From Acidobacteriaceae bacterium (GTDB lineage Bacteria; Acidobacteriota; Terriglobia; Terriglobales; Acidobacteriaceae): 64,000 bases of DNA. Numbering within the stretch: position 1 is the stretch's first letter; the number at the start of each line of letters is the position of its first letter. The stretch lies in contig JANYBT010000042.1 of NCBI GenBank assembly GCA_025360645.1, positions 516 to 64,515 on the forward strand, written 5' to 3'. Below are positions 44,939 to 53,790 of the stretch, piece by piece. Position numbers and translations under genes: made by a program. The notes below the pieces were generated by a model, which was given only the letters and a program-made list of their open reading frames with translations, made no database searches and had not been told where the DNA came from.

Positions 44939-45484
44939 CTATGGCAGCCACAGGAGCTTCGCTACCAGAGCGGCCGTCACCAGCGCGCAACCCAGTATCG
45001 CATTGTATTCGCGATGCTTGCGGTATAAGTCCCAGGAAAAGCTTCCGCTTACTGCCTCAGGCGTGCGCAGGCGTGGCAGCAGGCGCGGCACTCGCGCAGC
45101 ATAGGCTTCGAATTCAGGAAATCTCTGCCGCAAAAAATCTTCTTCAGAGCGGATCACCGGAATGTAGATGGCGGCGAACATGATGGCGAGTGCGCCCAGA
45201 ATCCACCCGCTTCGCGCGGCCAGAGCAAACCCTGACGCCAGCACCATCGATCCCAGGTACAAAGGGTTGCGAGTGTAGGCGTAAGGGCCGGAAGTCGCCA
45301 GCGCTTCATTCTTCTGCACGTGACCCGAGGCCACGGCACGGATCCCGATGCCCAACCCCACCAAGACCGATCCCAACAGCAGTGACTTCAGCGTCGGTTT
45401 CGCGAGCCCCATGTAGAGCACCGCCATGGCAAAGCCTAGAGGGACGCGGATCCTGCGCGCGATGCTGGACCAGTTGGAACTCAT
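44939..45484 (-). CDS. ICMT/PEMT-family membrane methyltransferase
   Basis: SGPYAYTRNPLYLGSMVLASGFAL ... IRSEEDFLRQRFPEFEAYAARVPR is the isoprenylcysteine carboxyl methyltransferase-family C-terminal motif. The start MSSNWSS (ATG 45484) overlaps the upstream stop (ATGA). The 326-aa ORF-track version is an Arg-rich over-extension. Confidence 0.75.
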   Translation of the reverse strand: MSSNWSSIARRIRVPLGFAMAVLYMGLAKPTLKSLLLGSVLVGLGIGIRAVASGHVQKNEALATSGPYAYTRNPLYLGSMVLASGFALAARSGWILGALAIMFAAIYIPVIRSEEDFLRQRFPEFEAYAARVPRLLPRLRTPEAVSGSFSWDLYRKHREYNAILGCALVTAALVAKLLWLP

Positions 45485-46554
45485 GCGGGCGATGCCTGCG
45501 AACTTAACAGGGTTAGGGCGGCTGCGGCAACGTCGGAGGCGGCAATTTCCAGCAAGCCCGGTTCGGTTTGCCAACGCCGAGTGTGGCTGGTCACGCTGCC
45601 TGGGTTGCGCAACACGATGCTCGCGGTTCCGAAAGGGCCGTTGCGCTCCGGGTCGGTGGGACCGAAGATAGCCACGACCGGCCGCTGCAGCGCCGCCGCC
45701 AGGTGCAACGGGCCGGTATCGCCGCCGATAAACAAGCGGGCTCGTCGGGTAAGGGCAATCAACTCGGCCAGCGGCCCTGAAAATGGAATTGCACCGGCCA
45801 CCGATTGCGCCAACGCTTCTTCGCCGGGGCCGTGGTTCACCACGCATCGAATTCCGGTTGCGGCCAGCGCGCTGACCACCGCGGCGTAGCGTTCCGCCGG
45901 CCACTGTTTGGCGCCCCATCCCGCGCCCGGGTTCATGAGCACGAAATCGCCAAGATCGTGGCTGGCGAGATACTTCTCAATCCTCGCTTCTGCGACGGCA
46001 TCATGGGGGAATTCGATCTTGAGCAGCGGCAAGGGCTTGCGGGCAACCGCCTCCGCTAACGACAAGTTTTGCTCTACTACATGCTGGCCGCGGGCGATGA
46101 CTTGGCGGGTGTACCACATGCTGGCAGCGTTTTCACGGGGTTGCGCATAGCCAAAAATTTCCGGCGCTCTCGACCAATGCGCAATCAGGGCGGAACGAAT
46201 CGCCCCCTGTAAATCGACAGCAACTCGATATCGCCGGCCGCGGGCTTCGCTCAGGCTCGCCGCCATCTGCTCCAGGGTTCCGATCGAAAAGGGAGAACGC
46301 CGCCATTTTTTCAAGTTAACGGTGTGGACGTGGTCCACCAGGGGCCGCTCTGGGGACCGTGCTCCGGAGCGCGGACAACGCAGCGTACACAACAGTTCCG
46401 CCCAGCGCTCATCAATCACCCACCCGATGGTCGCGTGGGGAAACGCATAGCGCAGCGCAGTCACCGCGGGCAGCGTGTGGATGACGTCGCCCATCGCGCT
46501 CAATCGCACGATGAGGAGCCGCTCGACGGCCGGCGATGTGGGAGAGGAAGTCAT
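45481..46554 (-). CDS. ADP-heptose:LPS heptosyltransferase (GT9; WaaC/WaaF type)
   Basis: LLIVRLSAMGDVIHTLPAVTAL and GGDTGPLHLAAAL motifs of GT9. The start MTSSPT (ATG 46554) overlaps the upstream stop. Confidence 0.85.
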   Translation of the reverse strand: MTSSPTSPAVERLLIVRLSAMGDVIHTLPAVTALRYAFPHATIGWVIDERWAELLCTLRCPRSGARSPERPLVDHVHTVNLKKWRRSPFSIGTLEQMAASLSEARGRRYRVAVDLQGAIRSALIAHWSRAPEIFGYAQPRENAASMWYTRQVIARGQHVVEQNLSLAEAVARKPLPLLKIEFPHDAVAEARIEKYLASHDLGDFVLMNPGAGWGAKQWPAERYAAVVSALAATGIRCVVNHGPGEEALAQSVAGAIPFSGPLAELIALTRRARLFIGGDTGPLHLAAALQRPVVAIFGPTDPERNGPFGTASIVLRNPGSVTSHTRRWQTEPGLLEIAASDVAAAALTLLSSQASPA

Positions 46555-47054
46555 CGGGCTGACGGCTTGCGCGGCGTCAAGCGCGATTCGATGATCTCTG
46601 TGGCCGAGTGGCCTTTGGGGTCGCCTGTAATGACCACGCGACCGCCGCACTCGGCCAGCACATCGCGCTCAGGAACCGTTTCAGGAGTGTAGTCGGTACC
46701 TTTGGCCTGAAGGTCGGGACGGATCTCGCGAATCAGGGCGCGCACATCGGGCTCGGCGAAAACCACCACTGCATCCACCGCCGTCAGCGCTGCCAGAATC
46801 TCCGCCCGTTCTGCGGCGGGCATGAGCGGGCGGCCTTCTCCCTTGAGTGCGCGCACCGACTCGTCGGAATTGACCGCCACCACCAGCTTGCCGCCCAACT
46901 GCCGCGCCGCGTCAAGATAACGGATGTGGCCCACGTGCAGCAGATCGAAGCAGCCATTGGCCAGCGTGATCTTCTCGCCCGCGCCGCGCCATTGCTCAAT
47001 GCGTTCGCGCAAGCGCTCACGAGTCAGAATCTTTCGGCTGGTGGTTGAGTTCAA
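46551..47054 (-). CDS. hldC: D-glycero-beta-D-manno-heptose-1-phosphate adenylyltransferase (stand-alone RfaE domain II)
   Basis: Cytidylyltransferase motif ANGCFDLLHVGHIRYL ... VAVNSDESV. The TTG start overlaps the upstream stop (TTGA). Confidence 0.8.
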   Translation of the reverse strand: MNSTTSRKILTRERLRERIEQWRGAGEKITLANGCFDLLHVGHIRYLDAARQLGGKLVVAVNSDESVRALKGEGRPLMPAAERAEILAALTAVDAVVVFAEPDVRALIREIRPDLQAKGTDYTPETVPERDVLAECGGRVVITGDPKGHSATEIIESRLTPRKPSAR

Positions 47055-48085
47055 TGGGCTCGTGGGGGCGGCAGCGGACGCTCAATCGCGTGCTTGAGTT
47101 CGTCCAAAGTGACCGTGGCGGTGCCGCGTTTCATCACCACAATGCCGCCAGCGAGGTTGGCCAGGTGGGCGGCTTCCACCGCGTCGGCTCCCGCTGCCAA
47201 AGCCGCCGTGTAAGTGGCGATCACGGTATCGCCCGCGCCCGTCACATCGGTCACCTCGTCCGAGCCGTAGATCGGGATGTCCACCGGCTTACGATCCGCG
47301 CAGAACACCACCATGCCGTCCTTGCCCCGGGTGATGACCAGCGACTCCAGTTTCATGCGGTTCATCAACTGCTCGCCGGCCCGCGCCAGCCTCTGCCAGT
47401 CCTTGCCCACCCGCGTGCCCAGCAATTCTTCCACCTCGGGTTCGTTGGGAGTGGCGGCGGCCACGTTGGAGTAGTCCAACATCCGGTAGCGCGAGTCAAG
47501 CATGACGGGAACATTCTCCAGGCCGCGCTTGGCCTTCACCGCGCTCACAATCTCAGGACTGGCGGCGCCATACCCGTAGTCGGAAACCAGAATGGCATCG
47601 GACGCCCGCGCGTATTTCCGGGCGGCAAGTACCAGCTCCCGCCGCAAATGCGCGTTGGGCGGGTCGCTGGGCTCGCGATCCAGTCGCACCACTTGTTGGC
47701 CCGTGGTGTGCGACATGCCGGCCAGAATGCGCGACTTGGTGATGGTGGGATAACTCTTGTCTTTCAATACGCCGCTGACCGGAATGCGTTTGTGCCGGAA
47801 CGCTTTGATCAGGGTCCGCCCGGCTTCGTCATCGCCTACCACGCCGACGGGCAGGACGTTCACTCCCAGGTCGGCAAGATTGCAAATGGCGTTGGCGCCG
47901 CCACCGGGCACGATCTTGCGCTCACGGTGCTTCAGAATGAGCACCGGAGCCTCGCGTGACACCCGGGAAATCTCGCCCAACACAAATTCGTCGGCCACCA
48001 GATCGCCGATCACGGTGATGGTGACGCGGGAAAAGGCGTCCAGAATGTGATGGAGCCGCTCGTTCTGCTTAGGATGCTGTTTCAT
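47051..48085 (-). CDS. hldA: D-glycero-beta-D-manno-heptose-7-phosphate kinase (stand-alone RfaE domain I, PfkB family)
   Basis: GGGANAICNLADLG and DVTGAGDTVIATYTAALAAG PfkB signatures. Size and context match RfaE-I. Confidence 0.8.
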   Translation of the reverse strand: MKQHPKQNERLHHILDAFSRVTITVIGDLVADEFVLGEISRVSREAPVLILKHRERKIVPGGGANAICNLADLGVNVLPVGVVGDDEAGRTLIKAFRHKRIPVSGVLKDKSYPTITKSRILAGMSHTTGQQVVRLDREPSDPPNAHLRRELVLAARKYARASDAILVSDYGYGAASPEIVSAVKAKRGLENVPVMLDSRYRMLDYSNVAAATPNEPEVEELLGTRVGKDWQRLARAGEQLMNRMKLESLVITRGKDGMVVFCADRKPVDIPIYGSDEVTDVTGAGDTVIATYTAALAAGADAVEAAHLANLAGGIVVMKRGTATVTLDELKHAIERPLPPPRAH

Positions 48086-48103
48086 CGGACTGATTGAATC
48101 TTC

Positions 48104-49048
48104 TCATGGCGCGGCCCTTCTTTCCCGAATTCTGGCTAGTAAGGTATCCAGGACGTCATCCGCACTCGTCAGGTCCATTTTCACTTTGGCCACCGCGACC
48201 GGCTGCAAGGCGCTCCAGTAGCCGCCCAGATTGATGGCGTCCTTCTCCGTAGTCACAAAGCCGTCGGCTTCGCTGCGATGCTTTAAAGCCAGCAGGTCGC
48301 GGATATCGGACTCAGAATAGGCGTGATGATCGCGGTAAACGGCTTCGGCCGCAAATTCGATTCCGGCGGTGCGCAGTTGCAGGAAGAAGTTCTGAGGCCG
48401 TGCGATGCCGCAGAAAGCGACGGGACGGGTAGGCACGTTCCCCGCCACAATTCCGCGGCGCACCCGCCACACCAACTTATCCTGTAGTGGGAAGGCGTCG
48501 GCAGATGCGCCGCTGGCCAGCACCACCGCGTCCGCCCGGCGCAGCGAAAGCAGTGGCTCGCGGAGGCGCCCGCTGGGCAGTAGATGGTCCCGGCCATCCT
48601 CGGGCGTGACCAGCACGATATCGAAGTCGCGGGCGAGCCCGCGGTGCTGGAAGCCGTCATCCAGCAAGTGGAACTCAGTTGGAAACTTCGCCTCAGCGAA
48701 CCTGCCGGCATCGTAGCGGCTTTCCCCAACCACTACTGGAACTGATAAACGCCGGGCAATGAGCAGCGGCTCGTCGCCGAACTCGGCTGCGCTGCCGGCG
48801 GGATCCACTTCGAGTACCCCGCTGGTTTTTCTGCCGTAGCCGCGCGACAGGACGTCGAAGCGGAGGCCACGCGCCTGCAGCAGCTCGCCAAGCAAAATGA
48901 CGAAGGGAGTCTTGCCCGCTCCTCCCGCTGAAATATTGCCCACGCTGATCACCGGAGCGCCAAGTTTGCGCTGCGGCAGCCAGCCCCGGTCGTAGAGCAG
49001 ATTGCGAGTGGCGATGGCCGCTCCGTAGAGGCTGCTGAGCGGCTTCAT
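48104..49048 (-). CDS. lpxK: Tetraacyldisaccharide 4'-kinase
   Basis: VISVGNISAGGAGKTPFV P-loop and SRGYGRK. The start MKPLSSLYG (ATG 49048) overlaps the waaA stop (ATGA). The upstream 72 aa of the ORF track are Gly/Arg-rich over-extension. Confidence 0.9.
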   Translation of the reverse strand: MKPLSSLYGAAIATRNLLYDRGWLPQRKLGAPVISVGNISAGGAGKTPFVILLGELLQARGLRFDVLSRGYGRKTSGVLEVDPAGSAAEFGDEPLLIARRLSVPVVVGESRYDAGRFAEAKFPTEFHLLDDGFQHRGLARDFDIVLVTPEDGRDHLLPSGRLREPLLSLRRADAVVLASGASADAFPLQDKLVWRVRRGIVAGNVPTRPVAFCGIARPQNFFLQLRTAGIEFAAEAVYRDHHAYSESDIRDLLALKHRSEADGFVTTEKDAINLGGYWSALQPVAVAKVKMDLTSADDVLDTLLARIRERRAAP

Positions 49049-50346
49049 GGAGTGACGCTCGCCGAGGCAGTCGGGGAGTCTTCCATCAACCGGCGCAACG
49101 CCTCCAGAGTGCGGTCGGTCGCGCCCATTTGCGAACGCAACACCTGACGGCCTCGCTCGCCAAGTTCCCGGCATTCGGTTTCGTCCGCGAGCAACTCCAT
49201 CACCACCAGCGGTAATTCCGCCGGGCCCACAATCCTCACCGCTTGGTTGGTTTGAAACAGCCAAACGATATCGCGAAAGTTTTCCGTATGGTTGCCGACA
49301 ATGATGGGGACCGCATAATAAGCCGGTTCCAGGATGTTGTGTCCGCCTTTTGGAACCAGGCTTCCGCCCACGAATGCCACTGTGGCCAGCGCATAGAGGG
49401 CGGCCAACTCTCCGATGCTGTCGAGCAAGAACACGCCTCCGGCCACAGGCTCATCCTTCCAGGTAGAGCGGCGCCAATAGCGGAAGTCAAGCTCTTGCAG
49501 CAGACTGGCGACCTCCGCAAAACGCTCAGGATGGCGCGGAGCCAGTACCATAACGGCCCGGGGATGGGACGCCAGTATATTCCGGAATGCGGAGAGCAGT
49601 AGCGTCTCTTCTCCCTCCAGCGTGCTGCCGCAGACCAGCACCGGGCCGCCGCCCGCTTCCTGGAGGCTCTGCCGAAGCTGCGCGACAATGGCAGGCGGAT
49701 CTTGGAGCGCAATTTCAAACTTCAAATTGCCGGTCACTTCCACCCGGGTTGCTTCCGCGCCGAGCTCCACCAGCCGATGGCGATCTTCCCAGGTCTGAGT
49801 CAGGAACAGATCCACGTTCTGCAGCACGCGTGCCAGCCACCGCCGCACTCGCCGGTAGCCGGGGAGTGAGCGGTCGGAAATACGCGCGTTGACGATGACG
49901 ATGCGGGCGCCGCGCGCTTTCGACATTCGCAGTACATTGGGCCAAAACTCGGTTTCGGCCACTATCAGAAGTTGCGGCTGAAGGGCGTCCAGATAGGGCC
50001 GCACCGCAAAGGGCAAGTCCAGCGGAAAGTAGAACACATTGTCGCGGCCAAACTGTTTTTGGGCCAATTGCTGCCCGGTCAGGGTGGTGGTGGAAACGAC
50101 CACGCGATGGCCCGGAAAACTCTGTCGCAGTCCCTCCACCAACCGGCTCACCGCCATCACTTCTCCCACCGATACCGCGTGCACCCAAATCACGCGCGGG
50201 TTGACGCTCTGCAAATGCGGAGGGACGCGTCCCAGGCGCGCCCACAAACCGGCCCGGTTCTTGGCATGACGTGCCATGCGGGCCAGCCAATAGGGCAGAG
50301 TCAGCAATAGACCGACTGCCAGCACCGTAGTGTAGAGAGCGTACAT
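49045..50346 (-). CDS. waaA: 3-deoxy-D-manno-octulosonic acid (Kdo) transferase
   Basis: IWVHAVSVGEVMAV and the overall GT30 pattern, with an N-terminal membrane anchor MYALYTTVLAVGLLLTLPYWL. Confidence 0.9.
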   Translation of the reverse strand: MYALYTTVLAVGLLLTLPYWLARMARHAKNRAGLWARLGRVPPHLQSVNPRVIWVHAVSVGEVMAVSRLVEGLRQSFPGHRVVVSTTTLTGQQLAQKQFGRDNVFYFPLDLPFAVRPYLDALQPQLLIVAETEFWPNVLRMSKARGARIVIVNARISDRSLPGYRRVRRWLARVLQNVDLFLTQTWEDRHRLVELGAEATRVEVTGNLKFEIALQDPPAIVAQLRQSLQEAGGGPVLVCGSTLEGEETLLLSAFRNILASHPRAVMVLAPRHPERFAEVASLLQELDFRYWRRSTWKDEPVAGGVFLLDSIGELAALYALATVAFVGGSLVPKGGHNILEPAYYAVPIIVGNHTENFRDIVWLFQTNQAVRIVGPAELPLVVMELLADETECRELGERGRQVLRSQMGATDRTLEALRRLMEDSPTASASVTP

Positions 50347-50427
50347 ATCGAACGCTCATTCTAAATCGGATTCTCGGGCCGGGCCGCTACGCCGCCGACG
50401 GACCAAGCCGCATCTTATAATCCAGCT

Positions 50428-51084
50428 ATGCTTCAACCTAACTTTTCTCGCCGTCTTCTGGGTGCAATTGGCGGCATCGTCCTGTTGTATGCGCTGGCAG
50501 CGGCGGGCAAAGAATTCGTCAAGCCAGCGGCCCAGAAGGCGACCGCCTACTCGGCCCACGACCAGCACTCGAACGAGGGCGTCACGGTCGCGGTGGAGCC
50601 TTACGACACGCCGGACAAATCCGAGATCTTCACCGTCAATTACAAGGACTTGGATATGCTGCCGCTTTTGGTCGTCATTACCAATGACGGCGACCAGCCC
50701 GTGACCCTGGCACAGATGCAAGTCCGCCTGGTGACGGGAAGCCGCGCCAAGCTTTCTGCGGCCTCGAGCGACGATCTCTACCGCCGCCTGTCCCACCCTT
50801 CCGCCAGAACCACTTCGTTACCCTTGCCGATTCCGCTCCCTGGCAAAAAGGTAAAGGGAACCGTGAGCACCAAACAACTCAACGAGATTCAGTCCGCGCT
50901 GTTCAGCGCCAAGGCGGTCGAGCCCCATGGCACCCAGTCGGGCTTTGTGTTTTTTGACATCACGGGAGTGTCGCGGCCCCTGACTGGCTCTCACTTCTAT
51001 CTCGACGGCGCGCGCGACAGCAAGGGCAGCGAACTGCTCTACTTTGACGTTGCGCTCGACAAGTCTGCCGCCAGTCAGCCCTGA
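50428..51084 (+). CDS. Hypothetical secreted protein
   Basis: Signal/anchor sequence LLGAIGGIVLLYALAAAG with beta-rich composition. No family recognised. Confidence 0.5.
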   Translation: MLQPNFSRRLLGAIGGIVLLYALAAAGKEFVKPAAQKATAYSAHDQHSNEGVTVAVEPYDTPDKSEIFTVNYKDLDMLPLLVVITNDGDQPVTLAQMQVRLVTGSRAKLSAASSDDLYRRLSHPSARTTSLPLPIPLPGKKVKGTVSTKQLNEIQSALFSAKAVEPHGTQSGFVFFDITGVSRPLTGSHFYLDGARDSKGSELLYFDVALDKSAASQP

Positions 51085-51107
51085 GCAACCAGCTATAATT
51101 TCTGGAT

Positions 51108-52598
51108 ATGGCGACCACGCCCTCCATCTCCACAGCCGCCCGCGCCAAGTACGAACCGATCATCGGCCTGGAAGTGCACGTTCAGTTGCTGACCGCCTCC
51201 AAGATTTTCTGCTCCTGCTCGACCCAGTTTGGAGCCCCTCCCAACACCAACGTGTGCCCAGTCTGCCTGGGACTGCCGGGCGCACTGCCCGTGCTCAATC
51301 GCAAGGTGGTGGAGTTCGCCACCTTGGCCGCGATGGCCCTGCAGTGCCGCATCAATGAGACTTCCATCTTCTCGCGGAAGAATTACTTTTATCCCGATCT
51401 GCCCAAGGGCTACCAGATTTCGCAGTTCGACAAGCCGCTCGCCGAGCTTGGCTTCCTTGTCATCCAGAGCGCTAACGGACCCAAGCGGATCGGCATCACC
51501 CGCCTGCATGTCGAAGAGGATGCCGGCAAGAGCCTGCATGAAGGCTTCGCGGGCGCCGCCGACTCCACCGCTATCGATCTCAACCGTTCCGGCGTGCCAC
51601 TGATCGAGATCGTCAGCGAACCCGACATCGCCACCGCCGACGAGGCCTATCAATATCTGACCGCGCTCAAGGAAATTATCCTCTACACCGGAGTCAGCGA
51701 TTGCAACATGGAGGAAGGCTCGCTGCGCTGCGACGCCAACGTCAGCGTTCGTCCCGTGGGGCAGGAAAAGTTCGGCACCAAAGCGGAGGTCAAGAATGTC
51801 AATTCCTTCCGCTTCATCAAGGAAGCCATTGAGTACGAAATCGAGCGGCAAATCGAAGTGATCGAGTCCGGCGGCAAGGTGGCCCAGGAAACCCGCCTGT
51901 ACAACTCGGTCGAAGGCAAGACTTATAGCATGAGGTCCAAGGAACAGGCGCACGACTACCGTTATTTTCCCGAGCCGGACTTGCTGCCCCTCGTGGTGGA
52001 TGAAAAATGGCAGGCCGAGATTCGCGCCACCTTGCCGGAACTGCCGGAAGCGCGTCGCCAGCGCATGGTGACCGAATACGGCATCACTCCGCAAGACGCG
52101 GCCGTGCTCACCGAGACTCGGGCATTGGCCGACCAGTTTGAATCGGCTGCCAAGGCCGCGAAGAATCCCAAGCGCGTCGCCAACCTGGTACAGAGCGAGT
52201 TGATGGGACGGCTCAAGGCCAAGGGATTGGACATTGAGCACTCGCCGGTTTCCATGGCCGGGGTGGCCGCGTCGGCAGACTTGGTGGAGTCGGGCGCAAT
52301 CTCAGGCAAGATGCTCAAGGACCTCTACAACCTGTGCTTTGAGCGCGGCCAGGATTTTCTCCAGGTGTACGACGAAGCTGGAAGGCCGGAGCAGTCGCGC
52401 GACACTTCGGCGCTGGAGAAAATCATCGAAGAAGTGATGGCCGCCAATCCCAAGCAACTGGAACAGTACAGGGCCGGCAAGAAGACGGTGATCGCGTTCT
52501 TTGTTGGCCAGGTGATGAAGGCATCGAAGGGCCAGGCCAATCCGCAGATGGTCAACGAGTTATTGGCCCGGAAACTAGCCACGAAACTAAATTCCTGA
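51108..52598 (+). CDS. gatB: Asp-tRNA(Asn)/Glu-tRNA(Gln) amidotransferase subunit B
   Basis: YEPIIGLEVHVQL, CPVCLGLPGALPVLN and RCDANVSVRP motifs, plus a C-terminal GatB_Yqey domain. Confidence 0.95.
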   Translation: MATTPSISTAARAKYEPIIGLEVHVQLLTASKIFCSCSTQFGAPPNTNVCPVCLGLPGALPVLNRKVVEFATLAAMALQCRINETSIFSRKNYFYPDLPKGYQISQFDKPLAELGFLVIQSANGPKRIGITRLHVEEDAGKSLHEGFAGAADSTAIDLNRSGVPLIEIVSEPDIATADEAYQYLTALKEIILYTGVSDCNMEEGSLRCDANVSVRPVGQEKFGTKAEVKNVNSFRFIKEAIEYEIERQIEVIESGGKVAQETRLYNSVEGKTYSMRSKEQAHDYRYFPEPDLLPLVVDEKWQAEIRATLPELPEARRQRMVTEYGITPQDAAVLTETRALADQFESAAKAAKNPKRVANLVQSELMGRLKAKGLDIEHSPVSMAGVAASADLVESGAISGKMLKDLYNLCFERGQDFLQVYDEAGRPEQSRDTSALEKIIEEVMAANPKQLEQYRAGKKTVIAFFVGQVMKASKGQANPQMVNELLARKLATKLNS

Positions 52599-52606
52599 GA
52601 GGCTGA

Positions 52607-53677
52607 CTACTTAGCGGCGCCGGCGTTCTTCAACACTTGTTCTGCAAACTGATTTTCCACCTTGGCTTGGTCGCGTAGCACCTCGTAATACGCCGCCTTC
52701 AGTAGCTGCTCGCGCCGGTCGTGCAACTGTTGGCGAATTGCCTCGCGGGTGCGCGGATCGTCGCCCGCCCGTTGCCCTGACTGCTCTCTGGCCACTAGCT
52801 TGACGATGCGGAACGCCGCCACCTGATGGTTCGCCGGATTCACAATCGGGATCGCCGCCGAGTACTGGCCGGGCTTGAGCTTCAGAACCGCATCGCGGGT
52901 GGCGGAATCGGTGTTGCGAAAAGCCGATTCCGGCGAGAATCCCAGGTCTCCGCCGTTGTTCGACACGTCGGGATCTTCGGAATAATTCATGGCCAGCGTG
53001 GCAAAGTCATCTCCACTGTCCAGCCGGTTCTCCAGCATCTGGATCTTCTTCCGCGCTTCCGCTTCGTTCTGCGCTTTGTTGTTCTGCAGGTTGCGCACTT
53101 GCTTATTGGGCTGGGTCGTGACCAGAATCTGCGCCAGGTGGTACTGCGGCTCGATCAAGTTGAACTCCGACTTGTTGGCATTGTAATAGTCGGTGATTTC
53201 CTGATCGCTGACGTTGATGCGTGACGAGACTTCTTTGTTCAACACCTTGTCCAGGGTCAAGGACCGCCGCAGATCGCGCTTGAAGTCCTCCAAAGTGATC
53301 TTTTTTTCCGCTAGCTTCTGGTTAAACTGCTCGGGCGAAAACGGGGACTTGATTTCGTTGAGCTTCTTGTCCACATCCTCGTCGGTCGCCAGCAGTCCCA
53401 GCTTTTCGGCGCGCCGCATCAGCATTTCCGTCTCGATCAATTCCTTCAAAATTCCCAGGCGAAGGCTCACTGCCTGCTCGCCCGTCGGCTTCTGATCGGA
53501 ACCTGCGGTTTGGTTGCCGTAGTACTTCTCTACCTCGTCACTGGTGATCTTGCGTCCGTCCACCGTCGCCATCACCCCGGCCCCGCCCTGGGTGCCTTGG
53601 CATGACACCAGCCCGGCCAACAGACTTCCAGTCAGCCCAATCATTTCCACACGACGAAGCAGAATGCGTTTGCTCAA
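52607..53677 (-). CDS. SurA/PpiD-like periplasmic chaperone with parvulin-type PPIase domain
   Basis: SurA_N-like N-terminus (VDGRKITSDEVEKYY) and rotamase block FATLAMNYSEDPDVSNNGGDLGF. Signal or lipoprotein signal LLAGLVSC. Confidence 0.7.
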   Translation of the reverse strand: MSKRILLRRVEMIGLTGSLLAGLVSCQGTQGGAGVMATVDGRKITSDEVEKYYGNQTAGSDQKPTGEQAVSLRLGILKELIETEMLMRRAEKLGLLATDEDVDKKLNEIKSPFSPEQFNQKLAEKKITLEDFKRDLRRSLTLDKVLNKEVSSRINVSDQEITDYYNANKSEFNLIEPQYHLAQILVTTQPNKQVRNLQNNKAQNEAEARKKIQMLENRLDSGDDFATLAMNYSEDPDVSNNGGDLGFSPESAFRNTDSATRDAVLKLKPGQYSAAIPIVNPANHQVAAFRIVKLVAREQSGQRAGDDPRTREAIRQQLHDRREQLLKAAYYEVLRDQAKVENQFAEQVLKNAGAAK

Positions 53678-53790
53678 AGTTCCTCCCCTGCAAATCTCTT
53701 ACCGGGCTCTCCCCGGATCCATCCCGCCGTTGGTCGCATCACTACTCCAGCGCAAACTCCGGTGAAGTCGTCCCCTGCCGGTTTGCGTTC

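Noticed and set aside
48104-49264. Long N-terminal extensions in the ORF track for lpxK (to 49264), the GT9 gene (to 46650) and the methyltransferase (to 45919)
   Set aside because: The extensions are Gly/Arg/Pro-rich and overlap the upstream gene extensively. Internal ATGs at 49048, 46554 and 45484 give family-typical N-termini and neat 4-nt start/stop overlaps.
51093-52241. 382-aa ORF antisense to gatB
   Set aside because: Shadow ORF of a strongly recognised gene, with no motif content.
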